Shown one piece after another: positions 51,165 to 61,176 of a DNA stretch of 64,000 nt. The notes below the pieces were generated by a model, which worked only from the letters and a program-made list of their open reading frames with translations, was not told where the DNA came from and searched no databases. The position numbers were made by a program, and so were the translations under genes. The DNA comes from Polyangiales bacterium (GTDB taxonomy: Bacteria > Myxococcota_A > Polyangia > Polyangiales > Ga0077539). Position 1 is the first letter of the stretch. Each line of letters opens with the position of its first letter. The stretch covers positions 584,142-648,141 of the forward strand of contig JAXLYI010000003.1 in the NCBI GenBank assembly GCA_046351555.1, given 5' to 3'.

Positions 51165-52226
51165 ATGACCACGATGGCACAGGCGGTGAGGCTCGCGCTC
51201 CACGTCGGCGAGGAGCGCCTCGGCGTGACGGACATCTTCGGCGAGGACGTGGGCCCGCCCCTCGGCGGCGTCTTCACCTGCACCCAGGGCCTCCGCACCG
51301 CGTGGAACAGCCCCCTCGACGAGCGCGGGATCGTCGGCGCCGCGATGGGCCTCGCGCTCGCCGGGCAGCGGCCGGTGTGCGAGATCCAGTTCAGCGACTA
51401 CGCCTACAACACCATCGACCTGCTCAAGCTCGCCGGGGCGATGCACTGGTCGTCCAACGGCGACTGGAACTGCCCGATGGTGCTGATGACCCCCGTCGGC
51501 GCAGGCATCCGCGGGAGCCTCTACCACTCACACTCCTTCGAGGCGACCGCCACGCACATCCCGGGCTGGAGGGTGGTGCTCCCGTCGTCGCCGCGCGACG
51601 CCTACGGGCTCCTGCTCACGGCGCTGCGCGAGCCCAACCCGGTGATGTTCCTGGTGCCCAAGGCGCTGATGCGGTACCGCGGCGAGGAGGGCGAGGACGT
51701 GCCCGGCGCGCCCGAGCAGAAGGCCCTCGACGAGCTCATCAACAAGCCCGTCACCGGCGACCAGTCGCAGTGGCAGCCGCGCTGGCCCGACACGCCCGAC
51801 CTCTTCATCCCCTTCGGCCAGGCCCGCACCGTGCGCCCCGGGCGCGACGTCACCGTCGTCACCTACGGCCGCCACGTCCTCGTGGCCCGCAAGGTCGCCC
51901 ACGAGCTCGCGCGCGAGGGCATCGAGGCCGAGGTGATCGACCTCCGCTCGCTCTGCCCCTACGACTGGTCGGCCGTCTCCGCGAGCGTCCGCAAGACGCA
52001 CCGGGTGGTCTTCCTCAACGAGGAGCTCGAGGTCACCAACTTCGGCGAGCACCTCCTCCGGCGCACCGTCGACGAGCTCTTCTACGAACTCTGGGCGCCG
52101 CCGAAGCTCCTCGCCGGCGCGATGGTGCCCGGCGTCGGCCTCGCCGACACGCTCGAGCGCGCCAGCGTCCCCCAGGAGGACGACCTCGCCCGCGTCGTCC
52201 GCGAGCTCGCCGCCCACCGGCCCTGA
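51165..52226 (+). CDS. 2-oxoacid dehydrogenase E1 component, beta subunit
   Basis: 353 aa with FGEDVG..GGVF, DERGIVGAAMGLALAG, EIQFSDY and the C-terminal transketolase-like domain EVIDLRSLCPYDW. Its start lies 1 nt after the alpha-subunit stop. Confidence 0.9.
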   Translation: MTTMAQAVRLALHVGEERLGVTDIFGEDVGPPLGGVFTCTQGLRTAWNSPLDERGIVGAAMGLALAGQRPVCEIQFSDYAYNTIDLLKLAGAMHWSSNGDWNCPMVLMTPVGAGIRGSLYHSHSFEATATHIPGWRVVLPSSPRDAYGLLLTALREPNPVMFLVPKALMRYRGEEGEDVPGAPEQKALDELINKPVTGDQSQWQPRWPDTPDLFIPFGQARTVRPGRDVTVVTYGRHVLVARKVAHELAREGIEAEVIDLRSLCPYDWSAVSASVRKTHRVVFLNEELEVTNFGEHLLRRTVDELFYELWAPPKLLAGAMVPGVGLADTLERASVPQEDDLARVVRELAAHRP

Positions 52227-52229
52227 CGC

Positions 52230-53207
52230 TCACCGCCCGCGGATCGACGCCGTGCGCGCGAGGTGCTCGGCGATCGCCGCGCGCCACGCCGGGTCGCCGA
52301 GCTGCTTCACCGAGGCCAGCGCCGCCCGCGCCACGCCCGCGCCCCCCGCGAAGCCCAGCGCGTCGCGCGCGAGGTCGGCCGCGAGCCCTCCCCGCCCGAC
52401 GAGCGCCATCTGCACGAACACCGCGGCCTGCCGCTGCAGCAGCCCCGCCCGCGCGGCCTCCTCCACCGCGGGCGAGGTCGCGCGGCGGGCGAGCGAGCGC
52501 TCGACGATGCCCGACTCCTCGGCGAGACGTCGCCGCACGAGCTCGGGCTGGAAGGTGCCGCTCGAGGCGTGGTTGCGGTACTCGCAGAGCACCTCCGCCA
52601 CGCGGGTGAAGCGCTCGGGCGCGGCGTCGAAGGCCCGGAGCCAGAAGTCCCAGTCCGGCGCCCAGCGGAGCGACGAGTCCCACGCGACGCGGTCGAAGAG
52701 GCGGCGGCGCGCGAGCCACGAGGGCGCGAGCAGCGTGTTGCGCACGAGCAGCTCGTCGCGGTCGCGCGCGGAGGTGGGCCCCGGGCGGTCGTGGCGGTGG
52801 CGGTGGATCCAGGGGACCACCACGCGGTCGTCGGCGTCGATGACGGCGATGCCGCAGAAGGCCGCGTCTGCGTCGGGCGCGGCGTCGAGGGCGGCCACCA
52901 TCTTCTCGACGAAGGCCGGGCGCCAGCGGTCGTCGTTGTGGAGGACGGCGACGAACTCCGTGTCGGCGGCGCGGGCGGCGCGGTTCCAGTTGTCGGCCAT
53001 GGCCACGCGTTCGCGCTGGGGCTCGAAGGAGAGGCGCGGGTCGTCGATCGCGGCGCACACGGAGGCGGAGGCGTCGGTCGAGCGGTTGTCGACGACGCGG
53101 ACGACGAGGTCGCCGCGCGTCTGGGCGAGCGCGCTCTCCACCGTGCCCGCGAGGTAGCGGGCGCCGTCGAGGTTGGGGATCATCACCGAGACGCGCGGCG
53201 GGGCCAT
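52230..53207 (-). CDS. Family 2 glycosyltransferase
   Basis: VSVMIPNLDGARYLAGTVESALAQT, VVDNRSTD and FVAVLHNDDRW (DxD-like) are typical of the GT2 N-terminal domain. Confidence 0.85.
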   Translation of the reverse strand: MAPPRVSVMIPNLDGARYLAGTVESALAQTRGDLVVRVVDNRSTDASASVCAAIDDPRLSFEPQRERVAMADNWNRAARAADTEFVAVLHNDDRWRPAFVEKMVAALDAAPDADAAFCGIAVIDADDRVVVPWIHRHRHDRPGPTSARDRDELLVRNTLLAPSWLARRRLFDRVAWDSSLRWAPDWDFWLRAFDAAPERFTRVAEVLCEYRNHASSGTFQPELVRRRLAEESGIVERSLARRATSPAVEEAARAGLLQRQAAVFVQMALVGRGGLAADLARDALGFAGGAGVARAALASVKQLGDPAWRAAIAEHLARTASIRGR

Positions 53208-53286
53208 CGGGGGCGATCCTTACCGGAGCGCGCGGCGGAGGTCGATGGGGCGGCGCGTGCGACCCGCGGATCGCGGCGAAGGCGCG

Positions 53287-54330
53287 TCAGCGCGCGACGT
53301 CGAAGCGCCAGGCGGTGGCGGTGGCGTAGCGCTCGCCCGGCCGCAGCTCGATCGACGGGAAGCGCGGCTCGTTGGGCGCGTCGGGGAAGTGCTCGGTCTC
53401 CAGGCAGAGCCCCGCGTGGCGCCTGTACCGCGCGCCGCCCTCCCCCCGCGCCGTGCCGTCGAGGAAGTTGCCGCTGTAGAGCTGGACGCCCGGCTGGTCG
53501 GTGACGACCGTGAGCCGCCGCCCGCTGCCCGGGTCGACGAGGACGCACGCCGTCCGCGCGCCGCCCAGGGCGTCGTCCCAGCCGCGTAGCGCGAGGCAGT
53601 GGTCGAAGCCGCGGGCCCGCGCGAGCTGAGGGTGCGCGACCTTCAAGGCCTCGCCGACGATCGTCGGGCGGCGGAGGTCGAAGGGCGTGCCGTCCACGGG
53701 CTCGAGCGCCCCCGTCGGGATCAGCGCGTCGTCGACGGGGCAGTACGCGTCCGCGTCGATCTGGAGCGCGTGGTCGAGGACGTCGCCGCCCCCCGCGAGG
53801 TTGAAGTACGAGTGGTTGGTGAGGTTGACGAGGGTGGGCGCGTCGGCGGTCGCCTCGGCGTCGAGACGCAGCTCGCCGTCGGGCGAGAGCGTGTACGTCA
53901 CCGTCGCGACGAGCGTGCCGGGGTAGCCCTCGTCGCCGTCCTCGCTGACGAGCCGGAGCCGCAGGCGCGCGCGCTCGCCGGAGCTCGCCTCGACGACCTG
54001 CCAGATGCGGCGGTTGAAGCCGCGCACACCGCCGTGGAGGTGGTTGGGGCCGTCGTTGGTGGCGAGCCGGTACGGGCGGCCGTCGAGGCGGAAGCGCCCG
54101 CGGGCGATGCGGTTGGCGACGCGGCCGACGAAGGCGCCGAAGTACTCCGTGCGGGGCCCGAGGTAGTCGCCGACGTCCGCGTAGCCGAGCACGACGTTGC
54201 CGACGCGGCCCGCGCGGTCGGGGGCGTCGATGCGCGCGACGGCGCAGCCGGCGGTGAGCACGTGGACGGCGAGGTCGCCGGCGCGGAGGGCGTAGCGCTC
54301 GACGGCGGCGCCTTCGTGCGTCTGCGTCAC
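53287..54330 (-). CDS. galM: Aldose 1-epimerase (galactose mutarotase)
   Basis: FGAFVGRVANRIARGRF, NHLHGG, NLTNHSYFNL, FDHC and LCLETEHFPDAPN are canonical mutarotase motifs. The start is the GTG at 54330, with an alternative GTG at 54360. The upper part of ORF 53287..54900 is a shadow. Confidence 0.85.
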   Translation of the reverse strand: MTQTHEGAAVERYALRAGDLAVHVLTAGCAVARIDAPDRAGRVGNVVLGYADVGDYLGPRTEYFGAFVGRVANRIARGRFRLDGRPYRLATNDGPNHLHGGVRGFNRRIWQVVEASSGERARLRLRLVSEDGDEGYPGTLVATVTYTLSPDGELRLDAEATADAPTLVNLTNHSYFNLAGGGDVLDHALQIDADAYCPVDDALIPTGALEPVDGTPFDLRRPTIVGEALKVAHPQLARARGFDHCLALRGWDDALGGARTACVLVDPGSGRRLTVVTDQPGVQLYSGNFLDGTARGEGGARYRRHAGLCLETEHFPDAPNEPRFPSIELRPGERYATATAWRFDVAR

Positions 54331-54502
54331 GTCGAGCAGCGCTACCGCCGCCGGCACGGTGAGACGCCCTCGTCGGCGCGGGAGAGGGGCAGAACGTCCA
54401 TGGCGTACAGCAGATGGGACCGGCAGCCGGTTGCGTCGAGTGCCCGCCGCGTCGGTCGAAATTTCGCGCCCGCCGTCGGCCGGTGGTACCGGGGAGGGCG
54501 TC

Positions 54503-56407
54503 ATGGCACGCCCCGCCGTCCGCCCCTGGCCGTGGATCCTCGCGCTCACCGCCGCCTCGTCGAGCGCGCTGGCCCAGACGCCGCTCATCCCGCAGGCCGC
54601 GCGGCCCGCGGTCAACGTCGCCGCGCCGACGCCGCTCGGCAGCGAGAGCGCGATGCTCGCGGCCCTGCGCGCGGCGGAGGAGGAGTCCGAGCGACGCGTC
54701 GACGCCGCCACCGTGGCCCAGGCCGCCGCCCGCGACGGGAGCGCGCTCGGGCCCGACACGCTGCCCGCCGACGTGGCCTCGCGCATCGCGATGCCCGACA
54801 TCCCGCTGCGCATGACGCCGCGGCTCCTAAGGTCGCTGGGGATGTTCCGCGCCGACCCGCGGGCGCGGCGGCTGCTCGCGAGCTGGGTGCGCAAGTCCAA
54901 CCGCTACCGCCACCGCATCCAGCAGACGCTGCTCGCCGAGGGGCTGCCGGCGTCGCTGGTGTGGGTGGCCGCGGCGGAGAGCGCGTTCGACCCGCGCGCG
55001 GAGTCGTCGGTGGGGGCGATGGGGCTGTGGCAGTTCATGCCCGACGCGGGGCGCTCGTACGGGCTGCGCGTGGACGCGTGGGTCGACGAGCGTCGCGACC
55101 CCGACCGCGCCACGCTCGCCGCCGCGCGCTACCTCCGCGACCTGCACGCGCGATTCGGCACCTGGGAGCTCGCCTTCGCCGCGTACAACATGGGCTACAA
55201 CGCCCTGCTCCGCGCGATTCGCAAGTACAACACCAACGACTTCGAAGCGCTCGCTTCGCTCGAGGCCGGGCTCCCGCTGGAGACCATGCGCTACGTCCCG
55301 CGCATCCTCTCCTTCGCCGTCGCCTCGCAGAATCCCGCGGTCTTCGAACTCGAGAACCTCCAGCCCGACCCCGTCGTGGCCTGGGACGACGTCGAGGTCG
55401 GCGCCTCGCTCACCCTCGCGGAGATCGCCCGCGGCGCCGGCGTCGCCGAGTCGGAGCTCCGGGCCCTCAACCCCGCCCTCCTCCGCTCGCGCACGCCGCC
55501 CTGCGAGCCCGGCGCGCCCTTCGTCCTCCACGTGCCGCGCGGCGCGGGCGGCAACGTGCGCCAGGCCCTCGCGCAGATGCAGTCGGGCGAGCACCGGCCC
55601 TACGTGCTCCGCCAGGGCGAGGGGCTCGACGAGGTGGCCGCGCGCTGGGGGCTGCGGCCCGCGGCCCTGCTCACCCTCTCGGGCCTCGGCGAAGCCGCCG
55701 CGGTGCGGCCCGGCGTGACGCTGATGGTGCCCGCGCGCGAGCCCGCCGCCCCCTCCGTCGACGCGCGCCCCGTGGTCGCCGTCGAGGAGAACGCCGCGCC
55801 CGGGCCCGCCGGCGGCGCGCGCGTGTTCGTCCGCGTGGCCTACGCCGACGACGTCGCCGCCCTGGCCCGCGCCCTCCGCGTCACGCCCGCCCTCCTCGCC
55901 AGTTGGAACCACCTCGACCCCGCCGCCCGCCTCCAGCCCGGCATGTGGCTCCAGGCCTGGGTGAGCGGCGACCCGTCGGGCGCCGCGCGCGTCTGGCGCG
56001 AGGAGGAGCTCGACCTCGTCCACCGCGGCTCGGAGGCCTTCCACGACCGCGCCGTGGCAGAGACGGGGCAGGTTCGCCTGCGGGTGACCGTGCGCGACGG
56101 CGACACGATGGCCTCGCTCGCGCGGCGCTACCACGTCACCGTGGGGCGCATCGCGCGGATCAACCACCTCGAGCGCGACGCCGCCCTCAGCCCGGGCGCG
56201 GCCCTGGTGCTCTACGTCGACCCGGCCCACGCGGCCCCCGAAGCCTCCGCCGACCCGGCGCCCGCGGCCCCCACAGCCCCCTCGGCCGCCCCGACCCCCG
56301 CGCCCGCCGCGACGCCCGACCCCGTCGAGCCCGCGCGGCCGCCGTCGCAGGCGCGCTCGGAGGGCGGTGACGGCGCGCACCCTCCCACGGCGAACGGCCC
56401 GGGGTGA
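54503..56407 (+). CDS. MltD-like membrane-bound lytic murein transglycosylase (SLT domain plus LysM-like repeats)
   Basis: It has a signal peptide (MARPAVRPWPWILALTAASSSALA). The SLT catalytic region reads AAAESAFDPRAESSVGAMGLWQFMP..AAYNMGYN. Three LysM-like segments are present (LAEIARGAGV.., LDEVAARWGL.., MASLARRYHVTVGRIARINHL). Confidence 0.8.
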   Translation: MARPAVRPWPWILALTAASSSALAQTPLIPQAARPAVNVAAPTPLGSESAMLAALRAAEEESERRVDAATVAQAAARDGSALGPDTLPADVASRIAMPDIPLRMTPRLLRSLGMFRADPRARRLLASWVRKSNRYRHRIQQTLLAEGLPASLVWVAAAESAFDPRAESSVGAMGLWQFMPDAGRSYGLRVDAWVDERRDPDRATLAAARYLRDLHARFGTWELAFAAYNMGYNALLRAIRKYNTNDFEALASLEAGLPLETMRYVPRILSFAVASQNPAVFELENLQPDPVVAWDDVEVGASLTLAEIARGAGVAESELRALNPALLRSRTPPCEPGAPFVLHVPRGAGGNVRQALAQMQSGEHRPYVLRQGEGLDEVAARWGLRPAALLTLSGLGEAAAVRPGVTLMVPAREPAAPSVDARPVVAVEENAAPGPAGGARVFVRVAYADDVAALARALRVTPALLASWNHLDPAARLQPGMWLQAWVSGDPSGAARVWREEELDLVHRGSEAFHDRAVAETGQVRLRVTVRDGDTMASLARRYHVTVGRIARINHLERDAALSPGAALVLYVDPAHAAPEASADPAPAAPTAPSAAPTPAPAATPDPVEPARPPSQARSEGGDGAHPPTANGPG

Positions 56408-56420
56408 TATGGTCGGGGCC

Positions 56421-57500
56421 ATGAGCCCCACCGCCGCCCCGACGGAGAACCCCACCGGACTCGACGGGATCGAGTTCGCCGAGTTCGTCTCGCCCGACCC
56501 CGAGCGCCTGCACGCGCTCTTCACCGCCTTCGGCTTCTCGCGCGTGATGCGCCACCGCGACCGCGCGGTCGACCTCTACCGCCAGAACGACATCGTCTTC
56601 CTCGTCAACCGCGAGCCCGGCACCTTCGCCGCGGCCTTCGGCGCGCTCCACGGCCCTTCGCTCTCGTCGATGGGCTGGCGCTGCCGCAACGCCGCCGACG
56701 CCGCCGCCGTGGCCGTCTCGCGCGGCGCGAAGCCCGCCACGCGCGTGGACTTCGAACGCAACGGCAAGGCCCTGCCCGCCATCCTCGGCATCGGCGACAG
56801 CGTCATCTACTTCGTCGACAACCACGCCGAGCCCTTCGAAGCGCGCTACGCCGCGATGGGCTTCGTCGCGCACCCCGAGCCCGTGCTCGTCGCCAACAAG
56901 GGCTTCGGCGTCATCGACCACCTCACCAACAACGTCTACAAGGGCACGATGAAGCAGTGGGCCGACTTCTACAAGTCGGTGTTCGGCTTCACCGAGGTGC
57001 GCTACTTCGACATCCGCGGCGCGAAGACGGGGCTCACGTCGTACGCGCTCCGCTCGCCGTGCGGGAAGTTCTGCATCCCCATCAACGAGGCCGACGAGAA
57101 GAAGTCGCAGATCAACGAGTACCTCGACGAGTACAAGGGCCCCGGCGTGCAGCACATCGCCTTCGCCACCGACGACATCCTCGCGTCGCTCGCGAAGCTC
57201 GAGGGCACGCCCATCTCCTTCCTCGACATGGACGACGAGTACTACGCCTCGATCTTCGAGCGCGTGCCCGGCGTCACCGAAGACCGCGCGGAGATCCGCC
57301 GGCGCCAGGTGCTCGTCGACGGCGACGACGAGGGCTACCTCCTCCAGATCTTCACCAAGAACCTCATCGGCCCGATCTTCATCGAGCTCATCCAGCGCAA
57401 GAACCACCTCGCGTTCGGCGAGGGCAACTTCGGCGCGCTCTTCCGCTCCATCGAGCGCGACCAGATGCGCCGCGGCGTCTTCGCCGACGAGCGCCGCTGA
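56421..57500 (+). CDS. hppD: 4-hydroxyphenylpyruvate dioxygenase
   Basis: NPTGLDGIEFAEF, VIDHLTNNV, GPGVQHIAF, LLQIFT and IELIQRK..FGEGNFGALF are HppD signatures. The ATG at 56421 is preferred because a TATGGT box lies 7 nt upstream. An alternative ATG is at 56409. Confidence 0.88.
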   Translation: MSPTAAPTENPTGLDGIEFAEFVSPDPERLHALFTAFGFSRVMRHRDRAVDLYRQNDIVFLVNREPGTFAAAFGALHGPSLSSMGWRCRNAADAAAVAVSRGAKPATRVDFERNGKALPAILGIGDSVIYFVDNHAEPFEARYAAMGFVAHPEPVLVANKGFGVIDHLTNNVYKGTMKQWADFYKSVFGFTEVRYFDIRGAKTGLTSYALRSPCGKFCIPINEADEKKSQINEYLDEYKGPGVQHIAFATDDILASLAKLEGTPISFLDMDDEYYASIFERVPGVTEDRAEIRRRQVLVDGDDEGYLLQIFTKNLIGPIFIELIQRKNHLAFGEGNFGALFRSIERDQMRRGVFADERR

Positions 57501-57509
57501 CCTCACCCC

Positions 57510-57526
57510 CTCCCGCGGAACGGGAG
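57510..57526 (+). terminator. Short GC hairpin (CTCCCG-cggaa-CGGGAG) 10 nt after the hppD stop; no U-tract
   Basis: A perfect 6-bp stem with a 5-nt loop is visible in the sequence. There is no T-run after it, so function as an intrinsic terminator is doubtful. Confidence 0.25.
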
Positions 57527-57587
57527 ATGCATCCCGCAATTCACGCATTTGCGGCGGCGCCCGTTGGGGGTACACCTCGCGCCCGTC

Positions 57588-59573
57588 ATGTCGACCGACG
57601 CCTCCGCTGAACCTCCATCGACCGCCCCCGCGACCACCTACACGGCCCCGCCGCCCGACCCCAACCACCACGGCCACGGGCCCCAGGGGAGCCTCCCCAA
57701 GCTCGCGCTCGCCGCGCTCGGCATCGTCTACGGCGACATCGGCACCTCGCCGCTCTACACGGTGAAGGAGTGCTTCATGCCGGGGCCCCACGGCGTCGAC
57801 CCGACGCCGGCCAACGTGCTCGGCATCCTCTCGCTCATCTTCTGGGGCCTCATGCTGGTCATCATGCTGAAGTACATCAACTTCATCATGCGGGCCGACA
57901 ACCAGGGCGAGGGCGGCATCCTCTCGCTGCTCGCGCTGGTGAGCCCGCGCGGCGACGTCGGCGGCCCCGGCTCGCGCGACCGCATGGCCGCCCGCAGCGT
58001 GCTCGTGCTGCTCGGCCTCTGCGGCGCGTCGCTGCTCTACGGCGAGGGGATCATCACGCCCGCCATCTCCGTCCTCTCCGCGGTGGAGGGCCTCGACGTC
58101 GCGACCGACGTCTTCCACCCCTACATCGTGCCGATCACCATGGCGATCCTCGTCGCGCTCTTCCTCGTGCAGAAGCGCGGGACGGCGGGCGTCGGCGCGG
58201 TCTTCGGGCCCGCCACGCTCCTGTGGTTCCTCTGCATCGCCGCGGCGGGCGCGTCGTGGATCGTCAAGCGCCCCGAGGTGCTCCAGGCGGTGAACCCCGC
58301 CCACGCGGTCGCCTTCTTCTCGCAGCACGGCAAGCACGGCTTCCTCCTCCTCGGCTCGGTGGTGCTCTGCATCACCGGCGGCGAGGCCCTCGTCGCCGAC
58401 ATGGGCCACTTCGGCCGCGCCCCCATCCGCGCCGCCTGGTACACCGTGGTCTTCCCCGCGCTCCTCCTCAACTACTTCGGCCAGGGCGCGCTCCTGCTCG
58501 AGCGCGGGGGCGATCCCGCCGTGCGGGCCAACCCCTTCTTCGGGCTCCTCTCGGGCTGGATGGTCTACCCGATGGTGGTCATCGCCACCGCCGCCACGGT
58601 GGTCGCCTCGCAGGCGCTCATCTCCGGCGCGTACTCGCTCACCCAGCAGGCCGTGCAGCTCGGGTACTTCCCGCGCGTCAACATCATCCACACGTCGGGC
58701 AGCGCCGAGGGGCAGATCTACGTCCCCGAGGTCAACAACTTCCTGATGGTCGCCTGCCTCGCGCTGGTCGTCGGCTTCCGCGAGTCGTCGCGCCTCGCCG
58801 CGGCCTACGGCATCGCGGTGACCGGCACGATGAGCATCACGTCGATCCTCTTCTTCGCCGTCACCGCGCGCTGGGGCTGGGCCCTCTGGCAGCGCGTCGG
58901 GCTCCTCGTGCTCTTCCTCTCCGTCGACCTCACCTTCTTCTCCGCCAACGTCGTGAAGCTCGGGCAGGGCGGGTACATCCCCGTCCTCATCGCCAGCGTC
59001 GTGTTCGCCGTGATGACCACCTGGAAGCGCGGCCGCGCCTCCCTCGGTCGGCACATCATCGCCAACACGCTCCCGATGGACCTCTTCCTCGACGACGTGC
59101 GCGCGACGAAGCCCCACCGCGTCCCGGGCACCGCCGTCTTCATGACCTCCAACCCCGACGGCGCCTCGCCCGTGCTCCTGCACCACTTCAAGCACAACAA
59201 GGTGCTCCACGAGCGCGTGGTGATGCTCTCCGTCCAGACGCGCCACGTCCCCGAGGTTCGCACCGGCGAGCGCCTGGAGGTCCGCGAGCTCGGCGAGGGC
59301 TTCGCCCAGGTGACCGCGGCCTACGGCTTCATGGAGACCCCCAACGTCATCGAGGTGCTCAAGCTCGCCCGCGACCGCGGCCTCGCCGTCGACGTCGACG
59401 GGGCCAGCTTCTACCTCGGCCGCGAGACGCTCCTCACCACCGGCCGCGCCGGGATGGCCCACTGGCGCAAGGTGCTCTTCGCCTTCCTCTCGCGCAACGC
59501 GCGGCCGGCCAACATGTTCTTCTCCATCCCGCCCAACCGCGTCGTCGAGCTCGGCACCCAGATCGAGCTGTAG
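57588..59573 (+). CDS. kup: KUP/HAK/KT family potassium transporter
   Basis: LAALGIVYGDIGTSPLYT is the hallmark KUP N-terminal motif. It has about 12 TM helices and the conserved cytoplasmic C-terminal domain. The ATG at 57588 is preferred over the upstream TTG at 57549. Confidence 0.9.
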   Translation: MSTDASAEPPSTAPATTYTAPPPDPNHHGHGPQGSLPKLALAALGIVYGDIGTSPLYTVKECFMPGPHGVDPTPANVLGILSLIFWGLMLVIMLKYINFIMRADNQGEGGILSLLALVSPRGDVGGPGSRDRMAARSVLVLLGLCGASLLYGEGIITPAISVLSAVEGLDVATDVFHPYIVPITMAILVALFLVQKRGTAGVGAVFGPATLLWFLCIAAAGASWIVKRPEVLQAVNPAHAVAFFSQHGKHGFLLLGSVVLCITGGEALVADMGHFGRAPIRAAWYTVVFPALLLNYFGQGALLLERGGDPAVRANPFFGLLSGWMVYPMVVIATAATVVASQALISGAYSLTQQAVQLGYFPRVNIIHTSGSAEGQIYVPEVNNFLMVACLALVVGFRESSRLAAAYGIAVTGTMSITSILFFAVTARWGWALWQRVGLLVLFLSVDLTFFSANVVKLGQGGYIPVLIASVVFAVMTTWKRGRASLGRHIIANTLPMDLFLDDVRATKPHRVPGTAVFMTSNPDGASPVLLHHFKHNKVLHERVVMLSVQTRHVPEVRTGERLEVRELGEGFAQVTAAYGFMETPNVIEVLKLARDRGLAVDVDGASFYLGRETLLTTGRAGMAHWRKVLFAFLSRNARPANMFFSIPPNRVVELGTQIEL

Positions 59574-59615
59574 CCCCCGATACAAACCCTCGAAGCTGTG
59601 GTAGTGGCGCGGCCC

Positions 59616-60524
59616 ATGCGCATCGCGATCACCGGCTCCGAAGGACTCATCGGCAGCGCCCTCGCCGCCGCCCTCACCGCCCGCGGCGACGTTGTGCGCC
59701 GCCTCGACGTCCGCGCGCCCCACGGCGACGAGGCCCACGGCGACGTCCGCGACGCCGAGCGCGTCGCCCGCCTGCTCGATGGCTGCGACGGCGTCGTCCA
59801 CCTCGCCGCCGTGTCGCGCGTGGTCTGGGGCGAGCGCGGGCCCGAGCGCTGCATCGCCGTCAACGAGGGCGGCACCCGCAACGTCGTCGACGCCGCGCTC
59901 GCCGCCCCGTCGCGCCCGTGGGTGCTCTTCTCCAGCAGCCGCGAGGTGTACGGCGAGGCGGCGAAGCTCCCCGTCTACGAGGACACCCCCGTCCACCCGG
60001 TCAACGTCTACGGGCGCACCAAGGCCGCCGGCGAGGCGATGACCTTCGGCGCCCGCGCGAAGGGCCTGCGCACCGCGGTGCTCCGCTTCTCCAACGTGTA
60101 CGGCTCGACGCGCGACCACGCCGACCGCGTCGTCCCCGCCTTCTGCCGCGGCGCCGCGCTCGGGCTCGCGCTGCGCGTCGACGGGCCCCTGCACACGTTC
60201 GACTTCACCCACCTCGACGACACCGTCGACGGCGTGGTGCGCACCGTCGACGCGCTCGCCGCGGGCGTCGAGGACCTCCCGCCGATCCACCTGCTGCCGG
60301 GCGTCCCCATCACGCTCGGGCAGCTCGCGGTGATGGCCGCCGCCGCGGGGGGGTGGCGCAGCGACATCCGCGAGGCGCCGTCGCGCAGCTTCGACGTCGC
60401 CCGCTTCTGCGGCGACCCGCGCCGCGCGAAGGAACTCCTCGGGTGGGCCGCGCGCGTCCCCATCGAGCAGGGCGTGGCGGATTTCGTCCGGGCCTTCGCG
60501 GCGGCCGAGCGCGGCGCCGCGTAG
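59616..60524 (+). CDS. NAD-dependent epimerase/dehydratase (extended SDR)
   Basis: MRIAITGSEGLIGSAL is the GxxGxxG Rossmann motif, and YGRTK is the YxxxK catalytic motif. The ATG at 59616 lies within track ORF 59598..60524. Confidence 0.85.
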   Translation: MRIAITGSEGLIGSALAAALTARGDVVRRLDVRAPHGDEAHGDVRDAERVARLLDGCDGVVHLAAVSRVVWGERGPERCIAVNEGGTRNVVDAALAAPSRPWVLFSSSREVYGEAAKLPVYEDTPVHPVNVYGRTKAAGEAMTFGARAKGLRTAVLRFSNVYGSTRDHADRVVPAFCRGAALGLALRVDGPLHTFDFTHLDDTVDGVVRTVDALAAGVEDLPPIHLLPGVPITLGQLAVMAAAAGGWRSDIREAPSRSFDVARFCGDPRRAKELLGWAARVPIEQGVADFVRAFAAAERGAA

Positions 60525-60526
60525 CG

Positions 60527-61093
60527 CTACCCCGCCGAGGGGCTGAGGTCTTCGACGACGGCGGGGCCCTCGTCGTAGGTCGCGAGGAAGTCCGCGGCGT
60601 GCGCGCTGCGGTAGCCGCCGCCCGCCGCCCCGAACGGCGTGATGCGCGCGGTCAGGCGAACCGGGTCGCCGTGCAGCAGCGTGAGCTCGCGGTAGCAGGG
60701 GAGCCCCTCCGGCATGTCGTCGGGCATCATCCCGGGCGGGAGCGGCCCCGTCACCGGGTCGCCGTAGTCGTCGCTCACCCGGAAGCGCACCTCGTAGCCC
60801 GGAAAGGGCAGCAGGATCGTCCGCCCCCCGACCGACAGCACCAGGTCGCCGTCCGCCATCAGCCCCGTCCGCACGGGGGTGTAGTAGGCCAGCCCGCTCC
60901 CGTTCGAGCTCCCGCCCCCAGTCACGCGCGAGAAGAGCTGCCACCGGAACAGCGCCGCGCGCAGGCCCGTGACCGGGCTCGCGGTCTCGTTGGGCGAGGC
61001 CACGCGGGCCTCGAGCGCGACCCAGGTCGGCTCGACCAGCCCGTCGAGCGAGTGACCGCTCATCCACTGGCGCACTTGCAGGGGGAGCTTCAT
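60527..61093 (-). CDS. Hypothetical 188-aa cytoplasmic beta-rich protein
   Basis: The composition is realistic (MKLPLQVRQWMSGHSLDGLVEPTWVALEARVASPNETASPVTGLRAALFRWQLF..). A conserved upstream element is shared with the next gene. I recognise no family. Confidence 0.6.
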   Translation of the reverse strand: MKLPLQVRQWMSGHSLDGLVEPTWVALEARVASPNETASPVTGLRAALFRWQLFSRVTGGGSSNGSGLAYYTPVRTGLMADGDLVLSVGGRTILLPFPGYEVRFRVSDDYGDPVTGPLPPGMMPDDMPEGLPCYRELTLLHGDPVRLTARITPFGAAGGGYRSAHAADFLATYDEGPAVVEDLSPSAG

Positions 61094-61098
61094 GGCGG

Positions 61099-61175
61099 GC
61101 GGACGCTATCACGACGCCCACCGCGACACGCGCACGGCGACGCGCGGTATCCTCGCGCGGGTGATCCCGCGCCTC
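61099..61175 (-). promoter_or_regulatory. Upstream element copy 1: proximal box GCGGACGCTATCACG (minus strand contains TGATAGCGT) plus a distal 35-nt box
   Basis: The proximal box 61099-61113 is 15/15 identical to 62154-62168. The distal box 61141-61175 is 34/35 identical to 62205-62239. In both copies the proximal box ends 5 nt from the start codon of the downstream minus-strand gene. Confidence 0.5.
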
Positions 61176-61176
61176 C

